A DNA stretch of 64,000 nt from Eukaryota sp. GEM-RC1 (taxonomy: Eukaryota). The position numbers and the translations under genes are program-made. The notes under the pieces were generated by a model, which was given only the letters and a program-made list of their open reading frames with translations, was not told the DNA's origin and ran no database searches. Each line of letters starts with the position of its first letter. Within the stretch, counting starts at the first letter, position 1. Below, piece after piece: positions 24,180-36,225 of the stretch. The stretch spans positions 372,001 through 436,000 of the forward strand of contig JAUFOQ010000018.1 in NCBI GenBank assembly GCA_040285855.1, read 5' to 3'.

Positions 24180-25035
24180 TTTTAGTGTTGCAGAATATGC
24201 TAGCATAAAGTAGAAGTGGGCAACTTTGGCATAGCCTATAGCCTGAAGTTCTTTTCTGGACAACTCATGGGTCATGATGGATCTATGCAGCAGCACACAA
24301 TTTCTCCAACATCATTTATAAGTCCTCACTACACTTTTGAATACACCGATTGCTCTAATTAGTCTCATTAGACAATAGTCTCAGTGAGACTAATTCCTAT
24401 TTGAAAGTTTCAATTTTGACCTCCCAAATATGTACTATTTTGGTTGTTTTTAACGAGAAAGAAGCAACAAAAATACATTTGATTGAATGAGCCTTTAAAG
24501 TTAGAAGAACTTTTATACAGATAAGATCAACTTAAGACTCAACTTGAAAATCTGAAATCCTCTCTGAACACTCTAAATCATTTGTTCTAGCTTCATCTGT
24601 AGCTTTAAGGCCCAGATCATCTTACAGAGCCAACTGAAAAGTTTGGCATTGTTGACCATTGATCTTCAAGAAATAGTGAAGAAACACAGAAGTATCAAGA
24701 ACAGAGTTTGATTGTTAAAGAGATTGGTAACTTACTAGTATATCAGAGAGAAGGTTTTTCAAAAAATTGATGTCATGGAATTATGTATTTAGTGAGACTG
24801 GTTCAAGTGCGAAAATATTAGCATATAAATAACTAAATATTCCGATATGTGACCAGTGAAAGTGACGTAACTGAAACAATCATTCGTCTTTCAGAGAAAT
24901 CACTCACTGAAACCAGAAATATGTTCTATTTTGTCTCCAAAAATTATCTTTATTTATCGCAATATATCGGAATATTGTTGGAGACAGTCGATAAATATAT
25001 ATAAGAATTGTCGGGTCGATAAGATATCGATAACT
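24180..25035 (-). mobile_element. Truncated, diverged inverted copy of the 4658-6744 element
   Basis: Reverse complement aligns by eye with ~4700-5550 (e.g. 4861 ACTTTCATTGGTCACATATCGG vs 24842 CCGATATGTGACCAGTGAAAGT); TIRs missing. Confidence 0.85.
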
Positions 25036-26086
25036 ATATGTAAATTTCATAATGGTTGGGGAACTTGTTCTACACTTTAGATTTAAAGCGATTTACAAAT
25101 TGATTTGGGAAAAAAGCAGCAAAATTGTTTTTGTCACAGAACCGGTTTTCGAATTTGTCACAACACTGATCAAAAGCATAGCTGTCAAAGCTCAACAAAC
25201 ATAGGTTCAGTACAGAAATATCTTTAGTAGTTTGTAGTTGATTACAACTGACCATTTGCTGTGAAAGTCTTTTAAGAGTATACGTGTACTACACTATATT
25301 TACAATTAGCAATTTTAAACTTAGCCTCTTTTTCTACACTTAGTCGGACAGTGCTATGACAACGTCTTAATCATTTGTACATCTGTTGTCGTGTTTTCTG
25401 GCAGATCTTCGTATTAATGTCTTCTTCATTAAGGTTTACGGATAGCAACATTCTGCTGCAGATGTAGGAAAAACAGGGCTATTTTTTGCCCGTCGTAATA
25501 CCGATAACGATAAGTTTAAAATCAGTTTTTCAAGACTATATTACACTTAATCAATAATAATAAACCAACACTCACATGAGACATTCCTTAAGGATTCCAA
25601 AAGTCATTTCTTCCTACATTTAACTAGTAGTTTTGATCCATTTAAATAAATAGGCTCCTGCTGCACTTTCTGCACATCACATTTGCTCTTTAAATGGACA
25701 AAACAATAGCCCCTATTAGGAAAGAAATCTACTTTAACAACGGACGCCACCTTTGAAATTTGGTCATATATATCCACTGACTTTTGCAGAAGAAGGAAAA
25801 TTAGTCACAAACAGAGAAAGATTTGATTCATCACTACTTGAAGACTTAAGATGACCTCTTGTAAGAATCTTATAGGCATCCTTGCAGTAAAGTGTATGTC
25901 CAGTTTTGGGTATTGAAATCATTATGTTGGAAAGAGAGAACGATAGATCTGCGAGGGTTGATCTCCTCGTCTATAATTACCTCTAATTGTTAAATAGACT
26001 TCTTCACACCAATGCTGGCGACATTGTAAAAGTTATTTTGTTATACATAAATAGAAGTAAATACAATCTATACATCTGAGATCTCT

Positions 26087-26680
26087 TTAAAGTCCACGGC
26101 CTGCTTCCCATGGTTTAAGAGGCATCTTTTCGCCTAACTTGTAATAGTTAGGTCCATCAAAACTGAATAACAAGGGATCAGCAGTTCCAAGATCTGGTTT
26201 GCCATCAACAAGAATGTTTTCATTAGCAAGGACTTCCAAGACTTCTAGAACGAACAGAGTGTTGGTTTTGTGGTCAGTGTGAGACACAACCTTAGCGACG
26301 ATGTTCATGGGGCATTCGGGCATAATAAAGACATCCTTTCCATCAAATTCCTTGATTTCAGTGAGGAAACGGTCTGATTTGTCACCTTTGCGGGCACTGA
26401 TCTGTCCACAAGCATCTACACTGATATTAGAGTGATAGAGGAAACATTACCGTTTGTACATTTCAGTGGTAGGGATGCCAATTGCGCAAATGCCATCTTC
26501 CTTGAGTTTTGAGTTGAGGAAATGATTCAAATTGACTCCAAGTGTGATCAAAGCTGGAGACATGTTACAGCAAGCAGCAAATGCAATCGGAGTGAAAGTT
26601 GGCTTTCCTTGTCCTTGATCAAGGGCAATGATACATACAGGACTGGGGAGGACTGGAAGGACGGCACCAAAAGACTTCAT
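26087..26680 (-). CDS. Flavin reductase-like / flavoredoxin FMN-binding protein
   Basis: Motifs LPSPVCII, VDACGQISA...DK, PECPMNI..KV and DPLLF....YYKLGE...W.AG; one 30-nt intron. Confidence 0.85.
26421..26450 (-). other. 30-nt spliceosomal intron
   Basis: GTAATGTTTCCTCTATCACTCTAATATCAG contains the in-frame stop; removal gives MYKR-VDACG. A CTAAT branch-like motif lies 5 nt before the intron 3' end. Confidence 0.88.
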
Positions 26681-27124
26681 ATCAATCAGAATTGTGTTGA
26701 AGAGATTGTCAATCTCCTTGATAATTAGTTGATGATGAAGCATTACGTCAGTTGCAATGTCAAATGCAAACACTTCAAATCCTGGCTTTCTTATTCAAAA
26801 GGACACAAAAGACCAGTTTGACAGTCTGGTAACATTGATTTCGACTGTACAATAAATAACAGTACATATGATATTCCATAACCTCTGAAAAATCTAAAGT
26901 AAATCAACCGCTTGCGGCCTTCCTTCTAATTCAAATGCAAACGACCACCCAAATCTACCAAAATGTACATTGTCCTGTATTCTTCTTGCTGAATTGGCAA
27001 ACATTGTCAATGATATTCAGTCCCAAAATACAGTTCGTCTATTTCTATAGAATTTTGACAATTTCAACATTGTGAGTGCCATAAATCATCAGATTAGTAG
27101 CAATTCAAACCCCAAATAGAATGA

Positions 27125-30100
27125 ATGTCATCTCCTCGTGTTATCCATCTTCTACTACGGTCACTAAGTAACCTTCCCATACCCACAAGTCTTTTAGACA
27201 CTATAGACTCTCTTTCTGAACTGTCACTTCACGTTGATGTTTTTCTCTATGACTCTTCTACCTTTCTACAGTCTCCCCATCATTCTCCACCTATACCAAT
27301 CACTGAAAACTCAGGTGTAGCTCTTCCAGGACATCCGTCTGATACATTATCTGGAGTTTCTATCAATCTCAACTATCCCTTACTTTGCCTATTCCCATCC
27401 CAAACTACACTATCCTTCGTTCTCGAGTTCTCCTTGTCCTCACCCCAACACTCTCCCATTGCTGTCGGATGGACTCTGTTGAAAAGTCCTTCTTCAAAAT
27501 CTCTCTCATCAACATCTTTTCTTGTCAATGCTTCCTTCCTCAAATCTCCCTCTCCCTCTATCCTCCTTTTAAACTCTACTGCTCATGAAAAGATCTCTCC
27601 TACTCCATGTGAACTAACCTGGGGTATCAGGCATGAACCTGGTAAGAAGAATCTTTACTTGTCAAATTTTAAAGTTTTTGGACCTTTTGATGATTTAAAT
27701 TTGTTTAAAAAAGGCAAGTTGCCTGATGATGTTTTGACTGTTTTTAAAGAAAATAAGTTTGCAGATGTCTTTTACCAATCTTCTGGTTTTTTCAATATTT
27801 CAAATATTCAGACTATTTCTATGAACGAATCGTCAACAATGGTAGTTGAGCTCAACTCCTTATCATGTGGGTCAATTGATGAGGAATTTGTCCTCCAATC
27901 AGTTTCTCAAAATTTTACCAAAAATTCAAATATATCAATGTTAAAGCCACCAGAAGTTAAAAATCGACAATTATTTGTTTGTTCTAAACTTGGTTCTTGT
28001 AATATTACTCATGGAGAATTTGATTTGACTTTTGTTGAAAAATCAAAGAATTTAAATGTTCAAGATATGAACTTGACGGTTAATCTACTAAATACTGCAC
28101 AACTGTATTTTACCGTAGTTTATACGATTGCAGTTTCTTTTGAAAAAGTGTGTCGTAAACCACGAAAATTTAAAAAAGATGAAGTCACAACTGAAACAAT
28201 CGATGATATTTTAAATATTTCCCTAGGAACTGGTGTTTTTCCCAAGAATCTTCTTCCTTTAAACTATTACCTTTTTCTTTTTCCTTTTTTTGATATTTCT
28301 GTTTTAAATTTAAAATCAACTCCCGTAATTTCAATTTCATCTGAAAATTCAATTATTTCTCCTCAAAGTAGCGATGTTGATTGTATTGATGACGTGATCG
28401 ATGAAGTGGATGATGAATCTTTCTCAGAAGTTGACAATCAAGAACATCAGCAATTGACCTCGGTTGAAGAATCTGCTGAATCTGCAAATGAATCAGTTTC
28501 TCCCTCAAATTGCACTGAAAATGATGATAATTTAAATATTAATCTAACAGCTTCATTTTCTAAAACACTAACACGATTACAGAAAACCCAATTATTTACT
28601 GCCACCAACATTAACAATGTTTTCAAACAGAAATTAATTCGTCCAGAAATTGTCCCGATAGATTTCTATGAGAATGTTTCAAATGTTTATGGAAATTTTC
28701 CATCAAAATCAAATTTTAAATTTTCGTTTCTTGCTGTAGAATTCACAAGACCAAGCTTCAAACTCTTTAGTAACTTCATTTTTCGAATCAATTTCTTCAC
28801 TTTTGAACCCTATGCCACCTCAGCGCTGACTCTCATGGAACAGCAATCATTTTCCAATCAATCACGAGACAAAAGCAATCCATCAATCTTAAAAGCTCTT
28901 AATAATAATGCCCATGACGATATTGGAGTTGATGTCACGTTTCCAATCAATCACCAATCATTTCCTGAGTTTCTAACCCTTGAACGTTATCTTTCCTCTT
29001 TAATGATTGTTGAATTATGGTCATCTGATTCTTGTTTTCCTGTTGGCCAGTGCTACATTGACTTATCTGAGTTAAAATTTAAAAAATCATCTGAAAAACG
29101 ACTGAAAATTTCGTTAGAATTTCCAATTTTTAAAATGGGAACGTTTTCTTTAAATTCTTCTGGATGTATCGGTTATCTTCATTTATCTGTTTCCAGAGAT
29201 GTTTCGTTTTTCAATCAGAGTTTTAGTGAAAAATTGAATGTTCCAAATTCATTGAAAAATTCAATTTCTCCTTATTTGGATAACAATGCACAACAGTTAA
29301 ACATTGTTGAACATCCACGAATTTTTAGAAATCATATTATTCCAATTTCCAATTATTCTGCTCGTTTTGGTGTTCCTTTTCCAATCTTATTTTCCATTAC
29401 AAATCCATCTGATTCTTCAATGATTCTTACTATTAAACTGGATCCAAGTGTTTTAACTTTTGCTCCAACACACATTAGTAATTCACTGCTAAATCATTAT
29501 TTTGACAACGTCAACCTGCCTAAATTGGAAGATGATTTGCTTCTGATTGATGATGACGGTCAAGCGAGACTTTTTCTTGAAGAGAATGAGACTGTCACGT
29601 TATCATTTTGTCTTTTATTAATCATGTTGATTTGTTTTACTTACAGCCTTGCAACGAAGTCCACAGTTTTCCAGAAAAAACTGAAGTCTCGCCTAATTTT
29701 ATTAAAAATTTAAAATTGCCCACGAAAACCAATGTTTCCTCAATCAAAACAGCTCTTTCATTTTTGATTGATGATGAGTTGGTCAGTGATTTTCCTCTTA
29801 ATGTGACTGTGCTACCAACTTTTTATGGTTTTACCGTTTATCCCTTACATAGCGGAAATGCTGGTTGTTTCTCAACAAATTTTTCAATTTTTTCTGAAAA
29901 ATTCAATGCTTTTGATCCCATTGATTGGTTTGTTTCATCCACTAAAATTTCCAAATTACTACCAAAATTCCAAAATAAGTCCATTCAACTAACACTTCCA
30001 TATGAAAATCAATTTTCAAGTCTCTTTGTTGCCTCAACGTCTTTCTCATCATTTTTGGCGTTTCAAATCAATCCAGTCAAATACCAAAATCTACCAATCA

Positions 30101-30354
30101 AAGTTGATTTGCAAGAAGACAATCGTGTTTTTATTCCGATAGAAGGATTTTCGGCTCCAATAACATCATCGAAATTAGTTTCTCAAAATTTAAAAATTGT
30201 CCGTCCAGCTGAGACTGTTTTCAGATCTCTTCCATCCACAGTTTCTACTCAATTTCCACTAGATATATTAGAAGATAACACTGAAGCATATTTGCACTTA
30301 ATTGATGACGAATTCAACATTCTAAGAACATATAGAGTTGTTATAAATCAATGA
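27125..30354 (+). CDS. NPHP4: Nephrocystin-4-like ciliary transition-zone protein
   Basis: Segments FSFLA, FRINFFTFEP, RYLSSLMIVELWSSDS..PVG and FG...LFSITNP resemble NPHP4 C2/ASH regions as I recall them. One frameshift at T runs (~29606-29617). Confidence 0.7.
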
Positions 30355-30412
30355 GATGATATTTAAAATTCAGCTGGAATTTAAAGTGGAAATAGAATCT
30401 CTTCAAATAAAT

Positions 30413-31120
30413 TCAAACTGTATTTTTACTTAAACCGCGCTTTGAAAACATCTTCTTAACATCAAATCTTAACCTAAAAGCAACAGCACAAGGAATTAAA
30501 GCAGTTGGCCCTAGAAATAGACCAAGAGAGGCAGCAACGGGATTAAAGAGATAACGGAATCCCTCAATAGAAGCAAATACATCACGAGTTGATATAGATT
30601 GGTTTTGCTCAAGAGAACAAGCTTGTGCGAGAGGTTGAAGAACACGGTCTATATAGATCGACGATGGTTTGGAGATGAAAAGAACACCACACAAAAGACC
30701 CCATTTGAGAGACAGGTTAGTCATGAACCTAGACCAGCTTAAAGATACTGTGAATTTCTTTTCGGGTGCTTAACACCATTTTCGCTCCAGACTCCTAAAA
30801 CGTTGTTCACTGTCATTCTTTCTCCTCCTGTGTCATCTGTTTCGATCTTGTTATGCCTTACGGTAACCTTCCTCAACCTCCTAGTGCAATTGCTGTCATG
30901 GAAAACTCGATTGGTTTGATTTGAATTCTTTGAGGTATCATACTTCTTTATATACACTTGTTCGTAGATTTCGCTATACGGTTGCTGTGATTTCCTATCA
31001 CAAAAATAGACACTTCGACTCTCTGACCAGTTTCAGAAAGGTATCCGCCTCTTCTGATTCAATGTCAGCCAGATCCATAGACATAACAACTTCCTCAACA
31101 GGCACTTGGCTACTCTGAGC
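30413..31120 (-). pseudogene. Interrupted ORF chain of unknown function
   Basis: Coding-like segments (PVEEVVMSMDLAD.., 30739..30957, 30413..30724) separated by stops and shifts. Confidence 0.35.
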
Positions 31121-31962
31121 TGAACTCATCACACATATCCTTCGTTCAGGTAGAAACGGTATGAACTCTTTTGGTTAACGAAAAGGATGTTACATATAGT
31201 TGTTTGGATTGAGGGATTCTCTTCAATTTGTCTTATTTTTTGTAGTTGTTGAAAAACTGTCAGAACGTGTGAACATGAATACCCATTCTTTAAGGGATTA
31301 AGATGAACATGATAGGATCTATACATAATAAGAAGTTTTTCAAAAATACAGTGTATTAAAACGTTGTAATATTCGATCGAAAAAATACATAATGAGCTCA
31401 TTATTAATAACACTCTAGACAAATTGATTAACATAGAATCAAAGCGAACATTTACTATACACAACGCTGTCAACTTGATGATTGAGCAAAGAACGAATTC
31501 TTAAGTTGAATCTTATGAGATTCAATCCAAAGGGACTTCTTCGTCTGGATGGATTAGTTGTTGAAGGAGAAGCGAAGTTTGGATAGAATGTCTTCTCATT
31601 AGTAAGTGATTTCCTCATTGGAGAGCCCTAGGCAAAGACTTGAACATCACAAGGGGAAGCAGAGCTAAAGAAACTGTAAGGGAGATCCTAAGAAACAAGA
31701 AGTGGGATGACTAGCAGGAAGTGGTGGGTGTATGGAAGGAATCTAGAAGGGAAGTTGGCAATAGGATACCGAGAGCAAGTGATGTAGGACTAAGAGAGTA
31801 AGAGAGTCAGAGCATTGCAGATACATAGGATAAGAGGACCTAGGACTAGCAAATGACCGTGTAAGACAAGGCTTCAAATTATAAAGGTGTGACTATAACA
31901 GGGGTGGGAAACTCAATATGATGAAAGGAAAGTGATTATGGTTGACCGGAAACTTCGACACC

Positions 31963-33899
31963 ATGGCACAGCCACGTAAGTGTTTCACTCGGTCGTGTGC
32001 TCTGAACTCGCTGCTTATACCTTCAGCAGTTCACCAGATTTCCTCATGTCACCGAAGTCTGCCATGAAGCTTCTTTGCTTCTTCATTCTTTCCTTGTCAC
32101 TTTCCCTATAGCGGCCAGAGCTATTGCGGAACAGGATGTCTGGTATCTCTTTATGACCGTCATCAACAAAAGTAACTTTCCTGCTCCTCAAACTTCGAAA
32201 GGACAAAGGCTTTTGTTGAATGTTTTCTATGATGGTTTTCTTCCAGAGTCCCCTGCTTCTTTTGTTCCTCCTTTTACTTTGGAACACCAAAACTTTTTAA
32301 TTTCTGAGTGGAATTCTGATATACTCACTTATGGGTTACTCCTTCAGAATTTCTTGAACTCCTGGCTAGCCACACAGACCTTTTCTGTGGTGAATAGCCC
32401 TAATCTTTCGCAGTGGTTTACTTGCCGTTCTCGTCAGTTGGCAGCTAATGTTAAGTCTTCTCTGCCCAAAATATCCAGAGCTTGGATTAAAAATTTTCTA
32501 TATGCCCATTGTCGGGTCATTGAGACACCTCGTCAATTTTCTTCGCATCTTCTTTATCTCTTTTATAATCTTCCAGTTAATGCTCCTTCTTTTGTTAATG
32601 TTTCCATTGACAATCAGTCTGAAAAAATCTTTTTACTTAACGCTGTCTACTATATTTTCCATCTTTTCGATCGTTTTCCTGTCTCGGAAGGACTTTTATC
32701 TTCTGCTGACCACATGAATGTTTCTCCTAAAGAAATTCGTGAATTGTTTATTTTTAACCTATCAATTGCACAATTCTTAGAAACAAATTTAACTAATTTT
32801 TCCCATTGTTGGAGACGGCTCCGACTGATCCCCCTAGCTTCTCACAAAGGGTCAAAAATGTTGGATGTACCTCCAAACATCTTCAGAAGCAATGGAAGAT
32901 TCCCTCCAGCTATAGGTACTAAGGCTAATCGATTTTTTATTTTGAACCAGAATTTGAAGAAAATTTTCAAAAATTGTCCACATGAAAAATTCAAAATGTG
33001 GAAGAAAAGTTATAAAAGAAACTACAGAAAGTTAGCTCTCAAATCAAATGGAAATGAGCTTTTGATCACATTTGAACGGACTGAGCCAACCTTGGAGAAA
33101 GAAGGAGAGCCGCCAAAAAAGAAAAAAGAGGCGGACAAAACTTGAGATGCAGCAAGATCCTAAAGCCAACTGCATCAAATCCATCAATTTAAAAGGATCA
33201 AAGAAGAAGCCTCGCCGTCGCCCTCCAACTTCCCAGGAGATTATCCCTGAAGGCCCATTAGTGGGTGTGGATCTTGGTCAGTCACGTCTTTGTGGCTACT
33301 ATTTGAATGAAGAAAACCACGGACTGATCAAGTGTCCTACAGGCCGCCAGTTTCGAACAAACCCTTCTCCTCTCAAAATGTCACCGAACCAATATTCCGT
33401 GCAAAATATTCACCTATATTTGAATCACTGGAATTTAGTAAGAAAACAGGTGTATAAAGAGAGTAACCGGTCGAAGTGGAAGTCGATTAAGTTCGACAAT
33501 CGAAGACGCAGAGAACGACGTTTTCGTGAAGCTCTGAATACTTTTCAAGAGATTTCTGGTCATCCAGAGGAACTGTATCTGGCTGTTGGCTCAGCAAACT
33601 TTCCTTCCCATTTCAGGAAAGTTAAAAGATATGGATCAGCTCGATGCTTTCGGAAATGGCTGAATCACCAAAAAGGAGTAAAGCACTTTCCCACCAGTGA
33701 ATTCAACACTAGCAAACTGTCAAGCTGCTGTATGTCACTAAACGAAGCAACCAGATGGTGGCAAATGAGAGTCTGTGCCAACTGCCATCAAGTATATGAC
33801 AGAGATGTTTCCGCTGCTAAAAATATTCAGACTAGGAAGAAAGCAGAGTTGTGGCCTGGAAGATATGTCTGTCCTGAGGTAATGTCGAGGAGAGTCTAA
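31963..33899 (+). CDS. Fanzor1 (TnpB-family RNA-guided endonuclease), ~640 aa, two frameshifts
   Basis: ATG 31963 MAQPRKCFTRSCALNSLL; shift ~32040 into HVTEVCHEASLLL..LIPLAS..KSNGNELLITF; shift ~33120 into GVDLG (D 33270), LAVGSA, SEFNTSKLSSCC (E 33699), CANC and DRDVSAAKNI (D 33804). Confidence 0.9.
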
Positions 33900-34200
33900 T
33901 GGAGAGATAGGTAGAAATGATAAACAAAACCACTTTGAGACCGATCTGGGGAAGTATCTATCCCGGTAGATATGTTTGTCAGATCCATTTAGATAGATTA
34001 AGTCTAAGAAACTTTGTTCTGTGTAAGCAGTGTAAGCTGTGTAAGCAGTCGGTCTATCTAAGTGATGTAGCCCGTTGATGAAGATCATGATTGTCTTTGT
34101 CAGATGACGCTATATGTCTCTTACAACCTGTGAAAACAGGAGTGAATTTCATAATTGGGAGTAAGCAGTTGTTATGAAATTCACAGTAGACAAAAGATCA
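33900..34200 (+). ncRNA. Candidate Fanzor omegaRNA scaffold region
   Basis: Four stem-loops directly 3' of the Fanzor ORF: 33954-33973, 33986-33999/34051-34064, 34127-34140 (GAAA loop) and 34142-34184. Boundaries are unknown. Confidence 0.55.
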
Positions 34201-34883
34201 ACATTCTTCTACCTTCCACTTATTCAAACCAAGACATCCGGCTATATCATACACTATACCCTTGTGGTCTTAGCTGGATTCTTCATCACATCGGATCTTC
34301 ATGATTGCCGAGGTTAACATAACAAATGCTTGCTTTCTTCTCTTAGCTGGATCTTTCGCTTTTCGGAAACAAAAACCAATGGTTTATACAATGACTTAGC
34401 TGATCTTTTCAGCCACTTCTTCAGTTTCCAAGACACACTTGTCTCCTTCTAAGTTTGCTGATTCTTTTTTCAAGAAAGTTTTCTTTTAAGTATTTTATTC
34501 TTTTAAAATAAGTCTCATTTTGTGATCTCCAGTGGGCTTGAACTAATTTAAACCATCTTTTAAACTGATCTTTCAATCAACCTAACACTTATACTAGAGG
34601 TGCTTTATTTACAGATGTTTTAAATTTTTTAAACAACTGAAACATCTATGATCTACAACACTTCTGTTTATTCTTCTTCCCATATATAATTTTTAAGTAT
34701 TTCAATTTTAGATCATTAACATAAGATTTCAAGTGTCAGATTGCTTATTTGTGTTATTAAATTTCAAATAAAGACAAAGATCTCATACATATAAATATAG
34801 ACTTGAAGTGACTAGTTGATTTTATTTCTTAAACACACATATTTGAAACCTTTAAAAGACCTCAATTATTGGAAAACATTTGG

Positions 34884-35522
34884 TCACAGATCACAAACAG
34901 TAGATGGCATCTCAACTTGTACAAAATTCGGATCGCGAAGATGAAGATTAAACAAGTAAACACCAAGCACAAGAATAACTAGCAAGCAGCAGATAGCAGC
35001 AAGGAGCAGAAGAATACTATGAACAACGAACATTGATGCGAGGAGAAGAACCAAGCAGTACAACAGATCTATTATCACAGCAAACAAGGCGTTATAAGAC
35101 AGTGGACAAAACTCGTAAGCGGAATGGAACACAACGAACAACAGCCACGCAGATATAGGAATGAGAGGCCATAGAAACGTGGAATCAGTCTGAGAGTAGA
35201 TGAAGAAGAGCAGGGAACTGATCCAGAAAAAGAGAGAGACATGTACACCGAGAACAATGCGGTGGGAGGGAAGATAACAGAAACAGAAGTGCGAGGACAG
35301 AAAAGCCAGCCAGCAAATGGTGGGATATATAAACCACAATGTATGGAAAGACGTTAGTAAGTTTATGACAAACAGAAGTGTGGTAATAGCCAGAAAAACG
35401 AAGAGATGTGTACGGAAGAGTTTCCATGGAGATGGGGGCTCTGATAGAGGTTCAAGGGAGGGAGATCGCAAGTAAGTTGCTGATTCATTTTTGGAGACGG
35501 AATCGAGCGAAAAAGTATACAT
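34884..35522 (-). CDS. Multi-pass membrane protein with two 2TM-like domains
   Basis: Repeated F..HL..F....LLF.IN......LW..YP...W.....H pattern. Confidence 0.7.
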   Translation of the reverse strand: MYTFSLDSVSKNESATYLRSPSLEPLSEPPSPWKLFRTHLFVFLAITTLLFVINLLTSFHTLWFIYPTICWLAFLSSHFCFCYLPSHRIVLGVHVSLFFWISSLLFFIYSQTDSTFLWPLIPISAWLLFVVFHSAYEFCPLSYNALFAVIIDLLYCLVLLLASMFVVHSILLLLAAICCLLVILVLGVYLFNLHLRDPNFVQVEMPSTVCDL

Positions 35523-35589
35523 CAGTGGTAAGTACAGTTAGATGAAGTTTGGTTGTTGGCGTGTGAATGTTTAAAAATGTCACCTTGAC

Positions 35590-36225
35590 CGTTTTATTTC
35601 TTTTAGAAGTAATGATCGTGATTCTGTAAGGGATCAATTATATTGTATGTGTAAATCTTATGGAATAGTTTCCTTTTTAGAACGGTTCTGGCTGGATTTT
35701 TTGATGATAACAAATCGTTTGAAAATAGCCGTGGTGACGTCATATTTCCTGGTCTCGATGGTTATTTCATTATTGCTGATGTTATGTCTATCGACGTTTG
35801 TAATGGTTCCAACAAGAAACTTGCTAAATCTAATACTAAGAACCCTCTGTTGATTGGTGAAAAATTTTAAAGAAGAAAAATATTGTGCTAAATTGAAATT
35901 ATTGAATTCGGCTTCGCACTCGAATTACTTGTTGTACCCTTTTGTAAATTCACTTTACGGTTCTTTAGGTGAATCTGCAACATCACTACTTGAAATCTTT
36001 GTGAAGATTGTAAAGAAAACACATCTAAGACTTTTGATCTTAGATACTGGAAAAATAGAATTGTGTTTGCTATCTTTAAATGTATGGTGACTTCTGTATC
36101 TAGCGCTTTATCTCTTGGCAGACATTATGAGGATAAGGTAGGTGAGAATTTCCAAATAGGCAATCTGGACTTTGAGGATATTGATTTTTAGATGTATGTA
36201 CACTGTAGTGTTGTTGTCAATAAAA
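35590..36225 (+). mobile_element. CRE-type non-LTR 3' fragment (second family)
   Basis: Near-identical to 55390-55448 + 56093-56636; endonuclease remnant RGDV..ADVMSID..K.EKY; ends GTTGTCAATAAA. Confidence 0.85.

Noticed and set aside
31976..32040. GTAAGT as an intron donor that repairs the first Fanzor frameshift
   Set aside because: None of the nearby AG acceptors (32026, 32029, 32037) restores the frame, and splicing would remove the Fanzor-like CALNSLL motif.
10631..35522. Bacterial contamination or chimeric contig explaining the GtrA, flavoredoxin, 2TM and TnpB-like genes
   Set aside because: They are interleaved with eukaryotic genes at similar composition, one has a spliceosomal intron, and the nucleases have Fanzor1-type length and motifs.
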